Both the position numbers and the translations under genes were made by a program. DNA of 64,000 nt. It comes from Trichodelitschia bisporula. Its lineage: Eukaryota. The notes beneath the pieces were generated by a model, which saw nothing but the letters and a program-made list of their open reading frames with translations, was not told the DNA's origin and ran no database searches. Location: the NCBI GenBank assembly GCA_010356995.1, contig ML996689.1:169873-233872 (forward strand), given 5' to 3'. This document shows positions 11,594 to 25,154 of the stretch, piece after piece (position 1 is the first letter of the stretch; each line of letters begins with the position of its first letter).

Positions 11594-12530
11594 GGATGAT
11601 GGGTGAGGCGTTTGGGATGGCGTTTTTGGGTTCGTGGTTCTCGTGCTTTGGTCTGTTGGGTTTTGATTGCTTGTTGCGTTTACTGTGATCTGATTGTTCT
11701 CGTTGCTCGTTTCTTGTTTGCTCTGGATTTGAGGGATGGGTGACGGATGGGAGGGTTATCACTTGTACGCAGGACTCAACTTGTACGAACGGACTGACCT
11801 TTCATATACTCAGGGTGGTGGATCGGGATCTGTGAGGCTTCCAGGAGTTTTTCTGGCGTATATGGTCCGTTTGAGGATTGGAATGGGCGGCGTTTTCTGC
11901 ATTCTGGCTTGTAAAACGCGTGGTTTCCGGTAGTGATGTTCGAATCATTATGGTCTTGTTCATTGCCGCTATCTTGCGAAGCTCTAGTGTTGCCATCGGG
12001 TGTTGACTGGCGAGGAAGAAGTCGCGATACTCTTCATCATTTATCATACCGGCTTGAGTCGGCGGACAAAAGTGCTCCATGATACACCCTCATCCTCATT
12101 TTTTCCTTCTGGTGTGCAGCCTGTTGTTCGTAGATTCCATTCCCTCCTCCCTGTTCACAGAGAATTCGGAAGAGAAAAATACTTTGAACTGCCAGCACAT
12201 ATAAGATGCGTTGGCACCATCCCTGCCCCATCGGGAACCTCCAGAACAAACCGCCGTACCTCGGCGCCATGAGGCTCCAAGGCAGCCCTCCGGACCCATC
12301 CCGCCGGGCCCCGCGCGCCTTAAGGCGTTAAGCCCATTGCGGCGGAATTAGCGGGCGTTAGCGGCACGGGGCACGTCAAATTGGCGGTGTTGCGCCATCG
12401 CCGAGAGCCATTTCCCCATATGCTCTACGGCAAAGGGCTTTAACGTGTGTGACTCCTCATTATTCTGGTCCTTTATACTACCACGACATTGAACCTAAGT
12501 TACGTTGGACCTGCATTGGAAGTGCATCTT

Positions 12531-12607
12531 GTGAGCTAGCACGAGGAAGAGAGTGTGAGTAGATTGGGCAGGTTTGCCGCGCGAGCATCCTACTGACAAA
12601 GTTACAG
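12531..12607 (+). other. Probable 5'-UTR intron of the cystathionine beta-lyase gene
   Basis: GTGAGC donor, TACTGAC branch and CAG acceptor 100 nt upstream of the ATG. There is no in-frame upstream ATG. Confidence 0.6.
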
Positions 12608-12707
12608 CCGGCAGCGTACCCCGCCTTTCACGCAAACGACATCTCTACAACCATCCCCTCCACCACCTATCCCTATCCTACCACAACATCCCCCTCAATC
12701 CCTCAAG

Positions 12708-14039
12708 ATGACCGCCCCTACCAAACCCTCCATGGCCCACAAACTCGACCTAGACGGGCACAACCTCCCCCCCTCCCCCGCGCCCTCCTCCCCCCACACC
12801 GGCCGCCGCTACGCCCTCGCCACCGAACTCGTCTACACCGAATCCAACGACCAGTACCACGCCTCCAGCGTCCCCATCTACCAATCCGCAACCTTCAAGC
12901 AAACCTCCAGTTCCGCCGGGCAAGAATACGACTACACGCGGTCCGGAAACCCTACGCGCACACACCTCGAGCGGCACCTGGCTAAAATAATGGGCGCCAC
13001 GCGCGCGCTGGCCGTGAGCTCAGGCATGGGCGCGCTGGACGTGATCACGCGGTTGCTGAGGCCGGGGGATGAGGTGGTAACGGGCGATGATCTGTACGGC
13101 GGCTCGAATCGGTTGTTGACGTTCCTGGCGACGAATTCGGGCATCGTGGTGCACCACGTCGACACCACGGACGTGGCCGCCGTAACTAAAGTTCTAGGCC
13201 CGAAGACCGCGATGCTGCTCCTCGAAACGCCGACGAATCCACTCATCAAAATCGCAGACGTACCGGCCCTGGCCGCGGCGGCGCACGCTGCGAACCCGGC
13301 CGCCTTGGTCGCAGTGGACAACACCATGCTCAGTCCCCTCCTCCTCTCCCCTCTCGACCTCGGCGCAGACATAGTCTACGAGTCCGGGACCAAGTACCTC
13401 TCCGGCCATCACGACGTCATGGCCGGCGTAATCGGGGTGCGCGACGCAGCCCTCGGCCAACGCCTGTACTTCCCCATAAACACGAGCGGATGCGGTCTTT
13501 CCCCCTTCGATTCCTGGCTCTTACTCCGGGGCATCAAGACCCTAGGCGTACGCATGGAAAAACAGCAATCGAACGCCCAACGCATCGCCGAATTCCTCGA
13601 GTCCCAAGGCTTCAGCGTGCGCTACCCAGGCCTAAAATCCCACCCGCAATACGACCTGCACTGGAGCATGGCCCGCGGCGCAGGCGCGGTGCTCAGCTTC
13701 GAAACGGGGGACGTGCGGCTCAGCGAGCGGATAGTCGAGAGCGCGCGGCTGTGGGCTATCTCAGTGTCTTTCGGGTGTGTGAACTCTCTGATCAGCATGC
13801 CGTGCCGCATGAGCCATGCGAGCATTGATGCGAAGACAAGGGCGGAGAGGAAGATGCCTGAGGATATTATCCGGCTGTGCGTGGGGATTGAGGATGTTGA
13901 TGATCTTATTGATGATTTGAGGCGGGCGCTGGTGCAGGCTGGTGCTGTGCGGGTTACGCTCGAGGGCACGGCGGCGTTGGCTGCTGCTGCTGCTGGCGGA
14001 GAGGAGGTAGAGGCGGAGGGAGCAGTCGAGGGTAGCTAG
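12708..14039 (+). CDS. metG: Cystathionine beta-lyase (Cys/Met metabolism PLP enzyme)
   Basis: SVPIYQSATFKQ, YDYTRSGNPTR, ETPTNP, ESGTKYLSGHHD (PLP lysine) and SVSFGCVNSLISMPC motifs; STR3/metG type. Confidence 0.93.
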   Translation: MTAPTKPSMAHKLDLDGHNLPPSPAPSSPHTGRRYALATELVYTESNDQYHASSVPIYQSATFKQTSSSAGQEYDYTRSGNPTRTHLERHLAKIMGATRALAVSSGMGALDVITRLLRPGDEVVTGDDLYGGSNRLLTFLATNSGIVVHHVDTTDVAAVTKVLGPKTAMLLLETPTNPLIKIADVPALAAAAHAANPAALVAVDNTMLSPLLLSPLDLGADIVYESGTKYLSGHHDVMAGVIGVRDAALGQRLYFPINTSGCGLSPFDSWLLLRGIKTLGVRMEKQQSNAQRIAEFLESQGFSVRYPGLKSHPQYDLHWSMARGAGAVLSFETGDVRLSERIVESARLWAISVSFGCVNSLISMPCRMSHASIDAKTRAERKMPEDIIRLCVGIEDVDDLIDDLRRALVQAGAVRVTLEGTAALAAAAAGGEEVEAEGAVEGS

Positions 14040-14273
14040 ACTATTTCCTTTTGGGCTCGATATCCGGATAGGCGTTTGGTGGGACAACAAAAGGCAACCT
14101 CAGAAAATAAACCCGTGAATCTAAACCTCATCGCTACGCCTAACTATGCAGCCTCGTGAAGAACCCATTACACATAGCCCTCACAAGCCCAGCATCCGCA
14201 TGGCGCATAAAACAGAAACAACATCATCATGTATCCTCCATCGTCATCCCATGCTCATCCCCCACCATCACGC

Positions 14274-15907
14274 CTATCTAAAATACGCCGCAACCGCATC
14301 CTTCAACTTCGGCCCCACCTGATCAATAATAAGCTCCAAATCCTCCGCCGCCGTAATCCCAAACTTGCGAATAAAATCTTTAGCCGCGCCCTCCAGATCA
14401 CCATAGTCTTCCGCCGGCGCATCCTCCGGATGCCCGAAATACGCATTCGACGAAATAGCCGTCGCGCCGTCGAACCCGGCCAATCTAGCCTTGGCCTCGG
14501 CGCCCGCGGCGGGATCGTGGTTCCCGCGCCCGAAGAATTCGTCCGACGAGATGCCTTTCTGCTTGCCGAATTTTTCGCGCGCGAAGCGGTTGCTGTCATC
14601 TGGTGCTTGCGTCAGCCTCCCCACAATGCTAGTATGACAGGGGAACTCACCCTCCTCCGCCGCGGCCCGGTTGGTGGCTCCGAAACCCATCTTCTTCGCC
14701 GGCGCCTTCGCCGCACTCTTACTCGCACCAACCTGCCCAAATCCTAACCTCGCCACGCCAGCAGTAGCCTTCTCAACATCGCTCCCCGCCCTATCCCGGC
14801 TCTTCGTAGCACCGAACCCCGCGCCCGTAGTCTCCTTCACCGTAGGCTTGGCCTCAACCGGCGCTACCTTCGCAGCAGCGGCCTCAGCCTCAGCATCATA
14901 TCCCAATTTCTCCAACCGCTCAGCTTCCTCCTTCGCCTTGCGCTCCGCCTCGTCGAAGTCCAAGCCCCCGTCGGCGGGGGCCAGTTTGCGTACGCCGAGT
15001 TTGGACTTCTTGCCGCCGAGGACGGCTTTGCGGGGCGGGGCTGTCTTGCGCAGGGACGCGGAGGAGGTGGTGCGCGACTGGGCCGGCGCAGACGTGGGTC
15101 CGTCGGCGGAGTTGCTGGCGTTGAGCGGGGATTTCGGCCTTGCAGCATTGGCGTGGGCACCTGGGGCAAGGAACGGGCTCGCGGTCCTAGTGACGGGGGT
15201 GCCGGTGCGGCTCGGCGGGTTCGACGGGCGCTTAATACTCGGCTTGTCCCACGAGCTGAAGAAGTCGTCGTCTGGGTCGCCGGAGGGGGTGTTCGTGCCG
15301 GAGGAGGGAGCGTCGGGGATGTCTGTTATCACGACCTCATCTGGGTTACTGCGGTAGCAGGCTGTTAGCATGGTTCCAGGAAGAAGAGACGGGTAACGCT
15401 TCGCGTACGCTTTCTGATCCGCCACAACGCGCCTCGCGAGTTCCTCCTTGTACTTCACCGCCGCAGCGGAGGTATATTTGGTTTTAGGGTCCTTGCTCGC
15501 GAGCGCGGCGCTCCCGCCGTGCGATTGGAAGTACTTTGTCGCGGACTCGTTGCCGCCGACTTTCATGATGCGGAGTTGGTCCCACTGCCAAACTAAAGAA
15601 ACGACATCAGCTATGCCCATGGGAAAGGAGGAGTAGGGGCCGCCCTACTGTCCAGGTTCGTAGAGCGCACGAACGAGATATGCACGCCCATGTTGCGGTG
15701 GTTGGCGCTGCAGTCAAGACACAGGTAAATGCCGAAGGGCACCGACGTCCATGTCGGGTTCGTCGCGCCGCAGTCGAAGCATATCTACACAACACTTGTC
15801 AGAGGCGGCGCGGATGCGGTGAAGGTGGGGCAGTTTACTTTGTTTGCGGGCTTCGTTTTGAGCTTCGCGAAGATATTCTGAGACTCGGTTTTCGTAGCGA
15901 GCGCCAT
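14274..15907 (-). CDS. GLO3: ADP-ribosylation factor GTPase-activating protein, Glo3/ArfGAP2-3 type, 5 exons
   Basis: [83 protein letters not shown], plus paired Glo3 motifs ([19 protein letters not shown]). Confidence 0.93.
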
Positions 15908-16477
15908 GGTGGGCAAGCGGGAGAGAATTTTCTGGGATTAAGGAGCGTCTGTGTTGGGAGAAGGGATACGTGGAGAAGCTGGAGTGGAAATTGGGAAAGT
16001 TGAAGCCACAATGGCCACTTGGTGATCGTGCACGGACCACGCTCCCTGGGGTTGTTTCTCTCACGTGATTATGACTGAATAGGGTGAGGCATTCCGGAAC
16101 TCGGGAGTTGTGGACAGTTCATCGATGTAAATCAAGGGGATCAAGGGGCGATATCATGCGAATTAAGTGAATGGCAAATCAATTGACACCTGGATATGCT
16201 ACAGTCCATTCCTCAACGCCAGGACAGCAACTTGAGACTAGAGTACAGCTTCGAGCAGCGAACATGAGCTTAGGCAGGCTGCTATGCCTCGACTCCATCG
16301 ACTGTCACTCCAATGGCAGAGAGCCCAAGCAGCAATGATATGCCTGAACGTCCTGCCTTGTCCATCTCCGTCGATTTCAGCGGCTGACCCATTCTAGGAT
16401 GAGGTTCTTGAAGCCGAGCAATCGACCTTCCCGCACGGCAGTGTCCAACCTTCCGCGGCAGCAGTCAATCTTGAACT

Positions 16478-17665
<1,188 letters not shown>

Positions 17666-17760
17666 TTAAGCGCTCCGCTTAGCCTCCCCGCTAAACTACC
17701 CTTTGCAGACCAGGCTTCGCCTTTCCATCTCAACATCACGAACCCCCCCCATCACCCACC

Positions 17761-18941
17761 ATGGCTCGCAGCTCATCCCCACGCCCGCGCGTCTTCCTCG
17801 ATATAAGCGAAGACACCACGCCCATCGGGCGCATCATAATCGAGCTCTTCACCGAGCACACGCCCAAAACCTGCGAAAAGTACATCCCCCATCCCATCCC
17901 ATCCCATCAGCCTAACCAACCCTAACCCTAACTCCCAGCTTCCGCACCCTCTGCACCTCCCCGCAACCTCCTAACTACAAACTCTCCCCCTTCCACCGCA
18001 TAATCGACACCTTCATGCTGCAAGGCGGTGACATAACAGCCGGCAACGGCACCGGCGGAACATCCATCTACGGCCCCACCTTCCCCGACGAAAACCTCTC
18101 CTGGCGCCCCCTCGACTCGCGCGGGCTAGTATGCATGGCCAACCGCGGCCCCAACACAAACAGCAGCCAATTCTTCATCACCCTCGCCCCCTGCCCGCAC
18201 CTAAACGGTCGGCACACCGTCTTCGGCCGCGTCGTCCCCACCCCCACCTCCGACGCTGTCCTAACCCGCATGTCGTCCGTCCCCGTCGACAGCAACGACA
18301 AACCGCTAACCCCCCTCCTAATCACACACACCGGTGAACTCGAGCGACGCCCCCGCCCGCACCACACAGACACAGCCACCTCGCACCGCGGCCGGGCCAA
18401 ACGCAGCCGCTCCCCCTCGCACAAGCGCTCGCGCTCGCTAGATCGCAACCGGCACCGTCGGCGACGCACGCGCAGCCCCGCCGTCCTCAGCGAGTCCGAC
18501 AACCTCGCCCCGCCAACCACGCACCGCAGCCGGCGGCGCAGCGACAACGCACCGGACCACAACTTGCGGGGCCGGGCACGGGAGCGCTCGCCGTCTCCAG
18601 CGGAGAAAGATGCGGCGCCCGTGGACCCGGAACCGGAGTCACCGCGTGCGCATACGCATCGGCGACAGCGTAGCCCACCACCGAGCCGGCCGCGGTCGCG
18701 GAGCGCAGGGGAGAGGCGGCAGCGGTCGTTGCCGAATCAGTATCGGGACTGGCGGGAGGAGGAGCGTGTTGCGCGTGAGGAGTGGGAGCGGGAGCGGGGG
18801 CGGTTTGATGAGAATGATGGTGGGCGGCTTAGGGGGGATGATGGGCGGCTAGGAGGGGGTGGGGGGTGGGGTGGGGATGAGGAGGGGGGGATTGTGTACA
18901 AGGGGCGGGGGAGCATGAGATTTCGGGAGCAGAGGCGGTAG
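17761..18941 (+). CDS. Cyclophilin-type PPIase with an Arg/Ser-rich C-terminal extension, 2 exons
   Basis: RPRVFLDI...GRIIIELF...PKTCEN|FRTLC...[28 protein letters not shown]...[16 protein letters not shown]...[12 protein letters not shown]; intron 17880-17938. Confidence 0.93.
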
Positions 18942-19313
18942 TAGTGTCACTGCAGGATGAAGATTGGGACAAAATAATGTTGAATTTTGGCGGTCAACGA
19001 GCGCGCTTCTATGTAACTCGTACACCATATACTAACACCACCGGTTACACTCACCCGCCGACAAAACGCCGCCGCTGCACCAAAGCACCGCTGATACTCA
19101 AACAAAAGACTGGGGTAGGGGGAGTAAGGGGACCTAATCACGCATGTCAACGGTACTACAACCCCAAAAAATCATCGCATCCCATCCGCACCCCCTGTTC
19201 TAAATGAGTTGTAAGTTTCGACCGCACGATGAGGTGCATATGGCCCGTTGTAACGCCTACCAAAAACACATCAAACCTAAAGTATGGCAATGCAATGATA
19301 GAGCCTTGACTCC

Positions 19314-21018
19314 TCAGCGGCGCCCACTCCCCGATGACGGCGCCAGTATGTCGGGATGGTTAGTATGATAATGACGACGCAAGTTGTCAAACCGACTATA
19401 CTTCCGGGCGCAGATGTAGCACACGAAGTTGCGATCGCCTGTATGCGTGCTCATGTGTCGAGTCAGGTCCTTCTCCCAGTGGAAGCCACGACTGCACTGC
19501 GGGCACTGGAAGCGGCGATGCTCAACATGGATGCGCATGTGGTGGCTGGAACCAAATCAGAACAAAAACGACGACGAGGCATCCTCGTCAAGGTTGGAAG
19601 CGTAAGAGCTCACCTCAGGTCGCTCTGCGATGTACATTGCCGGCCGCACCGGCCGCACGGCCACGTGCTGGTGCTGCTCCGGCTCATGCTCGGCGCGCTA
19701 GTATTCTTGCTGATGCTGCGGCGCATGTTGGCGGGGCGGCGCTCCGCAGGCACCGGCGCGGGCACCGGCGCTGACTGCATGGGCTGAGTGGAGCGCATTG
19801 AGATGGCCACAGGGGGAGGGCGGGGCGACTGGTGCTCTTGAAGGAGGGCGGGGTTGATAACACCGCTGGGGAGCGAGGCAATCTGCCCACGCGAGGGAAG
19901 TGAGGCAGCTTGCGCATAAGATGGAGCCGCGGCATTGACATTGTCGGGCGCGATGGCGAACCACTGGTTCAGAGCGCCGGGATACACGCGCTCTGCGTTA
20001 TCGTTAAAGAGCCAGACGGTGACGACACGGCGTGGGTCCGCAGCCTCGGCGTGCTGCACCCGAATGTCGTAGTGGTTTGGGTCTGGACAGCCTCCATTCA
20101 CGATGCCCAGCGCGTAGACGCCACCATTCACGCTGCCGTAGGCTTCGAGGACCTGAAAGAGTGCGGCGGCGCAGAGGTACTCATCAACTTTGTAGCGGGC
20201 GAAGAGGTTGGCGATGACGGGCTTAAGTGGCGGGACCAACCCCATAGACCGCCGGACGGCCGACAAGCTGACGTGGAGGGCGGTCAGGGCATCTCGGGGT
20301 AGGGAGGTCTGAACAATGTAGCGGTCCACCTCGACCTTGTAGATAAGCTCGCTCTTCCACCTCTGTTGGACAGGGGCGACGTTGAGGGTGATCCAGCGAG
20401 GGCCGCGATGGACAAAGTCAGAGCAGTCGTCCTTCATAGAAGCGCTCTGTCCCGACGGCATTGTAGCTAGGAACGAGGGGACGAACAGCGGCGAACCATA
20501 GCCCAGTGGGGGTGGGGTCTGCGGCTGGTGTAGCCGTTGACCGCCGGTGTGTTGGCCCTGCCACACAGGAATTACCCTGTCATTGCGCATGGGTGTTTTC
20601 TCGGCCTCATCACGAATTCCCAAGCTCTTAAAGCCATCGTCGAGGTTGGTGGGTAGAGTTGCTCTCGGTGTGGTTTGTGAAGTGGCGTAGCCTTGCGCAG
20701 AGTATTGGGGGGGAGCGGGTGCGGGAGGAGGGATTGATTCGACCAAATCGAAGGGCAAGTCAAACTACAAAAGGTCAACTCAAAGGTTCAGGCAGGAGGT
20801 GGCCAGGAGACGGCGAGCAGCAAGAAGCGACGCACATTGCCGTGAACGCAGAACGGCCACTCAGCGCAGCATGACATAGTAACGTAGGCGTCGTCAACTG
20901 CAACTTGCGGGATGTTGGCATTCTGCTGCTTTTTGGTGTCGGCGATGTCTGGGTGCATGTCTAGGCTGTAGGCGGCGGGCATTGCTGCCATAGCCTCGAG
21001 CCTCGAGTCGTCGTCCAT
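19314..21018 (-). CDS. C2H2 zinc-finger protein (3 C-terminal fingers) with an unassigned central globular domain, 3 exons
   Basis: Introns 20765-20835 and 19546-19613 join in frame. Fingers: CGRCGRQCTSQSDLSHHMRIH, CPQCSRGFHWEKDLTRHMSTH(TGDRNF), CYICARKYSRFDNLRRHYHTNH. The first exon is less certain. Confidence 0.85.
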
Positions 21019-23526
21019 GGCAGAACACACAACGTCGGCGACGAAGCCGGCGCGAGATAAATGTTTTCGATCTCAGCAGTGGCAAAACCGATGGGGAAAG
21101 TGGGTAAGAGAGAGAGATGAAGCTAGCAAAAGGATAGGAAGGAAAGCGTGGCAGTAAGTTGCGATCAGGCAGCATATGTACGGAGCTCGTCGAAGCGGGG
21201 GGGGGCCTCCATTGGTGGCCTCCATCCACCATGCCTAGCAACGCAGTTGCGTGCGCTGGAAGCGTGGGGCTGTGTTCTGCAGCAAAACCGGCGTGACATT
21301 TTGGCGAAGGCTCTAGTCGAAATGGGTGACGACGACGGCGAAGTCAATGTAGATGATGAAAAGGGCGCCGGAAGGGCGAGAGGGGTTTGTCAGACAGCTT
21401 AAGAGGAGCCCAAAGTGATTGACGTTTCTCCGCACGCCGAAGCGGCACCCAGAGGGCGTCTATTCTGTGTTGGGCCATGTGGGAGCCAATGGCGTCGGCG
21501 TGCAACGGCGGCATCAACGCTGGCTCCCTGCAGAGTCAACGGGTAGTGCCCTGCTTGCTATGCAAAGCTCTGCAAGCAGTGTGTTCCTACTGCCCTTTAC
21601 TCTTCATCCGGGCGTGAAGTCTGCGATGCAGAATTTCTTGCATCAACGCCGTACTGTGGTACAGCGACACCGTTGGAGCTGTGGGTGCCTAGGGTTTTGC
21701 GGTGTCGACGGTAAAGCCCTGCCTAATCGTCAGCCACCTTGCTTTTTCTTCCGTTTGTAAGCCTCGTAGGCAACGCGTTTCAATTCGAAAACAGCCTGAG
21801 AGGCTCGAATCCCAGAGTTGGAAATACAAGAAGGCATCCTCAGCTGCAGTGTCTATTTCCAAGGTACTAGAGTGGCGATGGGGATCCAGACTCGGGAAAC
21901 TCCTTCGAATGTCGTCAGTGACATGCTAATGCGAACCGTCCCTGGGTGTTTGCGGCCAAAAATAATGGGGACCAAGTGAGGCGGCGAGAGAAAAGTGAAA
22001 GAAGTACACACTTCCTGTCCGGGCCGAGGTTGCAGGACTGCTCATTTCCAGAGCAGGTCTAAACGAGAGGGTCGAAGCTCCCAAAGCTCTCGCCATGCAG
22101 GAACGGTCCGCCGACCTTAAGTATCGTGCTCCTGATCCGGGCTCAGGCCACCACTGGCTCAAATATCCGGGCGAAAGTGATGTGGGCCATCTATGAAGCG
22201 GAGCTCCGCCGCCATGGACTGTTGACGCGTTAAAAGGAAAGGAGCTAGCGCGTGTGAAACGCGGCTGTCAACAGTGCACGATTGGATGTGGAGATCCTAG
22301 CTTGTCTCGGCCGGACGTATAAACACCGCCCGGACAGGTAGCGAAGTCTCACGGAGCTGCTCTGTGCTGGTACATTGGGCCACAATACCAGCAAGGACAT
22401 CGATGGGGCCTGTTGACACCCCAAGTTCCTCCTTCCGTATCATATGCTGTTGCCGGGGGATGCTCGTTGCAGCTGAGGCCATATGGATGGATCGGGAAGT
22501 CGGATGACGGCCCTGGTGGTGGTTGGGAAGAAGCCGGACCGACAGGGCGATATTGCAGCGCGCATAATGGTGGAATCAGCAGAGCAGAGCTGCAGGTCTC
22601 AGAGTTGAGATATTCGGTAGTGATGGAGAGAGAGAGATGAAGTTGAGGTTGAGGTTGAGGTAGGGTCAAGAAGCAATTACCCTCCTCGTCGTCATAGCGT
22701 CGGGCCGCTCCTGCCGTTGGCCCACTTTTTAACGATACCCACAGGACCACAACCTCATCTCGAAGACGGACTCTGTTTACCTTTATGTACAGCTGCAGAG
22801 CAGGCTGATGAAGCCCGTATCCTGTGCTTGGCTTCAGGCACCGGCCAGTAGAGTCACCACGTTTCTCACCACCTGCAATTTCGGGGGCCATGAGCCACTG
22901 AAGCCACCCGACGGCGCAATGCTAGTACTAATTAAGGGTGCCTGACATACTGCAGTTGCTTCTTCTGGATATAAAGGCCTTCAGTGACTCGAGCTAAACA
23001 GGCTGCCCTTTGGCTATCGCCATCTCCGTCCTCTAGGGTTCGCAAGCATCAAATCCCACGGCTTACATTGTACACGCTATCGCGACTCCAGCCACACTCA
23101 ACTCAGCCCTACTCGTTGGATATCGGAGTCGGTGTTTTCATTTCTGCGAACTTAGACGGCAAGGAAGTGTTAGAACTGCAGATCCCAATTCATGACTTCA
23201 GGCGCGTCCTCTAAATGACCGAGCACACCCCCTAACCCACGGAGAGGGTTACGACAAAGGAGATGAGTGTACTTGACGGATCAAGGATACCAGGCACTGG
23301 TATATGAATAGCATTGTCTGCCGTTCTCTATGAGTTCAGCAGATAGAACTGGGTCGTCATCAGTATACGCCACAGCCACAATTCGTCTGCTAAAGTCCAT
23401 ACCGCTGCTGCCTGCAAGGGAGGACGTCATATCAAGTCCATCAAACACCACTTCATCAAGCCTCACAAGCCAACCCATTTTCATTCCCTATCCCATCCAA
23501 TTCCCCCCCCCCCCAACTCACACCAC

Positions 23527-24097
23527 CTACAACCTCGCCTCCTTCCACTCCCTCCCCGCCAACTCCAACCCCCTCTCCCCATCCACAAGCACACACCACC
23601 CCTCTCCCCCTCCAGGCTGTAACCGCCCCTCCCCCTCCGTCCCCACAATCACCCCCTTCGGCCAAGCATTATACGCCGCCTCCAGCACCGTCTCATCATA
23701 CGTCCCGGGCTGCAACCAAACCGCCCTCACCCCCGCCTCCTTCGCCTCGCGCAGGAGTGCCAGCGTAACCTTCGGCGGCGTCACGACGCTCAGCGCCGTC
23801 TCGGCCGGCGCAGCCAACGCGGCCGGCGATGCAGCGGTGGGGTAGGTGTGGTCGATGGGTTTGGCGGGGACGGTGATGCTGTTGGCGCGGGGGTTGAGGG
23901 GCGTTACGGGGAGGGAGTGCTGGAGGTACCAGGCGAAGACTGGGGGTGTTAGCGGGGAAGGCTTTTGGGGGGGGGGGGGGGGGGGGGGGCGTACTCTTGT
24001 GCCCGAATTTGCTTGGGTCGCTCGATGCGCCGGCAACGGCGAAGTGGGCCGATTGGAAGAAGGTCTTCAGCGCGGTTTCGATGGCCGGTTCGGACAT
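23527..24097 (-). CDS. CoA-binding domain protein (YccU-like) with a C-terminal PTS1-like ARL, 2 exons
   Basis: FAVAGASSDPSKFGHK|IFAWY...VTPLNP...LSVVTPP...VWLQPG...CVLVDG...ARL*; intron 23940-23994. An alternative in-frame ATG lies at 24118. Confidence 0.88.
23967..23989. repeat. G23 homopolymer (C23 on the sense strand) inside the intron of the CoA-binding gene
   Basis: Directly visible. Confidence 0.9.
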
Positions 24098-25154
24098 GAT
24101 GGCTGCAAGGCGGGGCATTAGCGTGTGGGTTGGGGGTGTTTGGGTACGAACCGGATGGAGTGATGGATGGACGATGGGCTGGGTGATTCAAGTGAGATGG
24201 ACGTTGAAGATGCAGCTTTCGCAGCTCGCTTCATCCCACCCGAAGTCCGCAACCCCGCACCGGACCCGAAGCTCGCCTTCTGATCCTGGTCCCCACACCC
24301 CAGGTCCAGTTCCGCCGGCGGAGGGGTAATCACGTGTCAGCATCTCAGTAGCTCTCAAAGAAGACCTAACGATAAACCCATTACTCTACGAGGTTATCGT
24401 CTTAACCATGTCGTGCATGTCGCTGTCTCTCGCTTTCTCGCTTCCCGATTCTAGCTGCATGCCAGAGTGACATCACATGCATTTCCACCCTCACCCCACC
24501 CCGACTAAACCCTACCCCGCATACTGTACCCCCGCCCCAGGCATCGGCACCCCTTCCCCGCCAACCCACACGCATCGCGATCGTGCTCACCAGCCGCACA
24601 CCTCTCCACGTTGTGTACCGGACGCCGCATCCGCACTGCGCAACCAGCACCCAGACACGAGGCGGGATACAGGGCGGCGAAAGGGGTGAGGCGCGCGATG
24701 CATGGGGCGCAACAGTGGGGCGGTGCGGGAATAACTGCGAATAGATCTGAGCGCGGCATCCTTGGTGTGGGGGGCAGGTGATGTACTACAATAGTTGCAT
24801 CCACAGGGGAGAAGTGAGACAGCAGATGGACTGCAGATGGTTGGCGTGTGGGGTTGGATGGACGATGCGACTGTTTTTGCTAACTTGGGATCGCGGGTTG
24901 ACAGGCCGTCGGTCTGAATCACAGGCGACTCGTTGGACCCCGGCGGCGGGCTTATCACGAGGCTGTCACGGCTGTCCAAGGGTAAGGAGGCTGATAATAG
25001 ACGGCCGCAAAGAAATACCTCCCCCACATACCCCACGTCACGTGCGACCGCCCATTGGCCAGCCTAACCTCAGCCTTGCAAGCACAACATCATTTATAGA
25101 ATCTCAAGCTCCAATATCATTACCGCCTCACAATTATACACTAAAATGGGGTAT

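Noticed and set aside
17911..17932. CCCTAA telomere-like repeats / telomerase RNA template
   Set aside because: Only 2-3 units, located in the branch-point region (CTAAC) of the cyclophilin intron.
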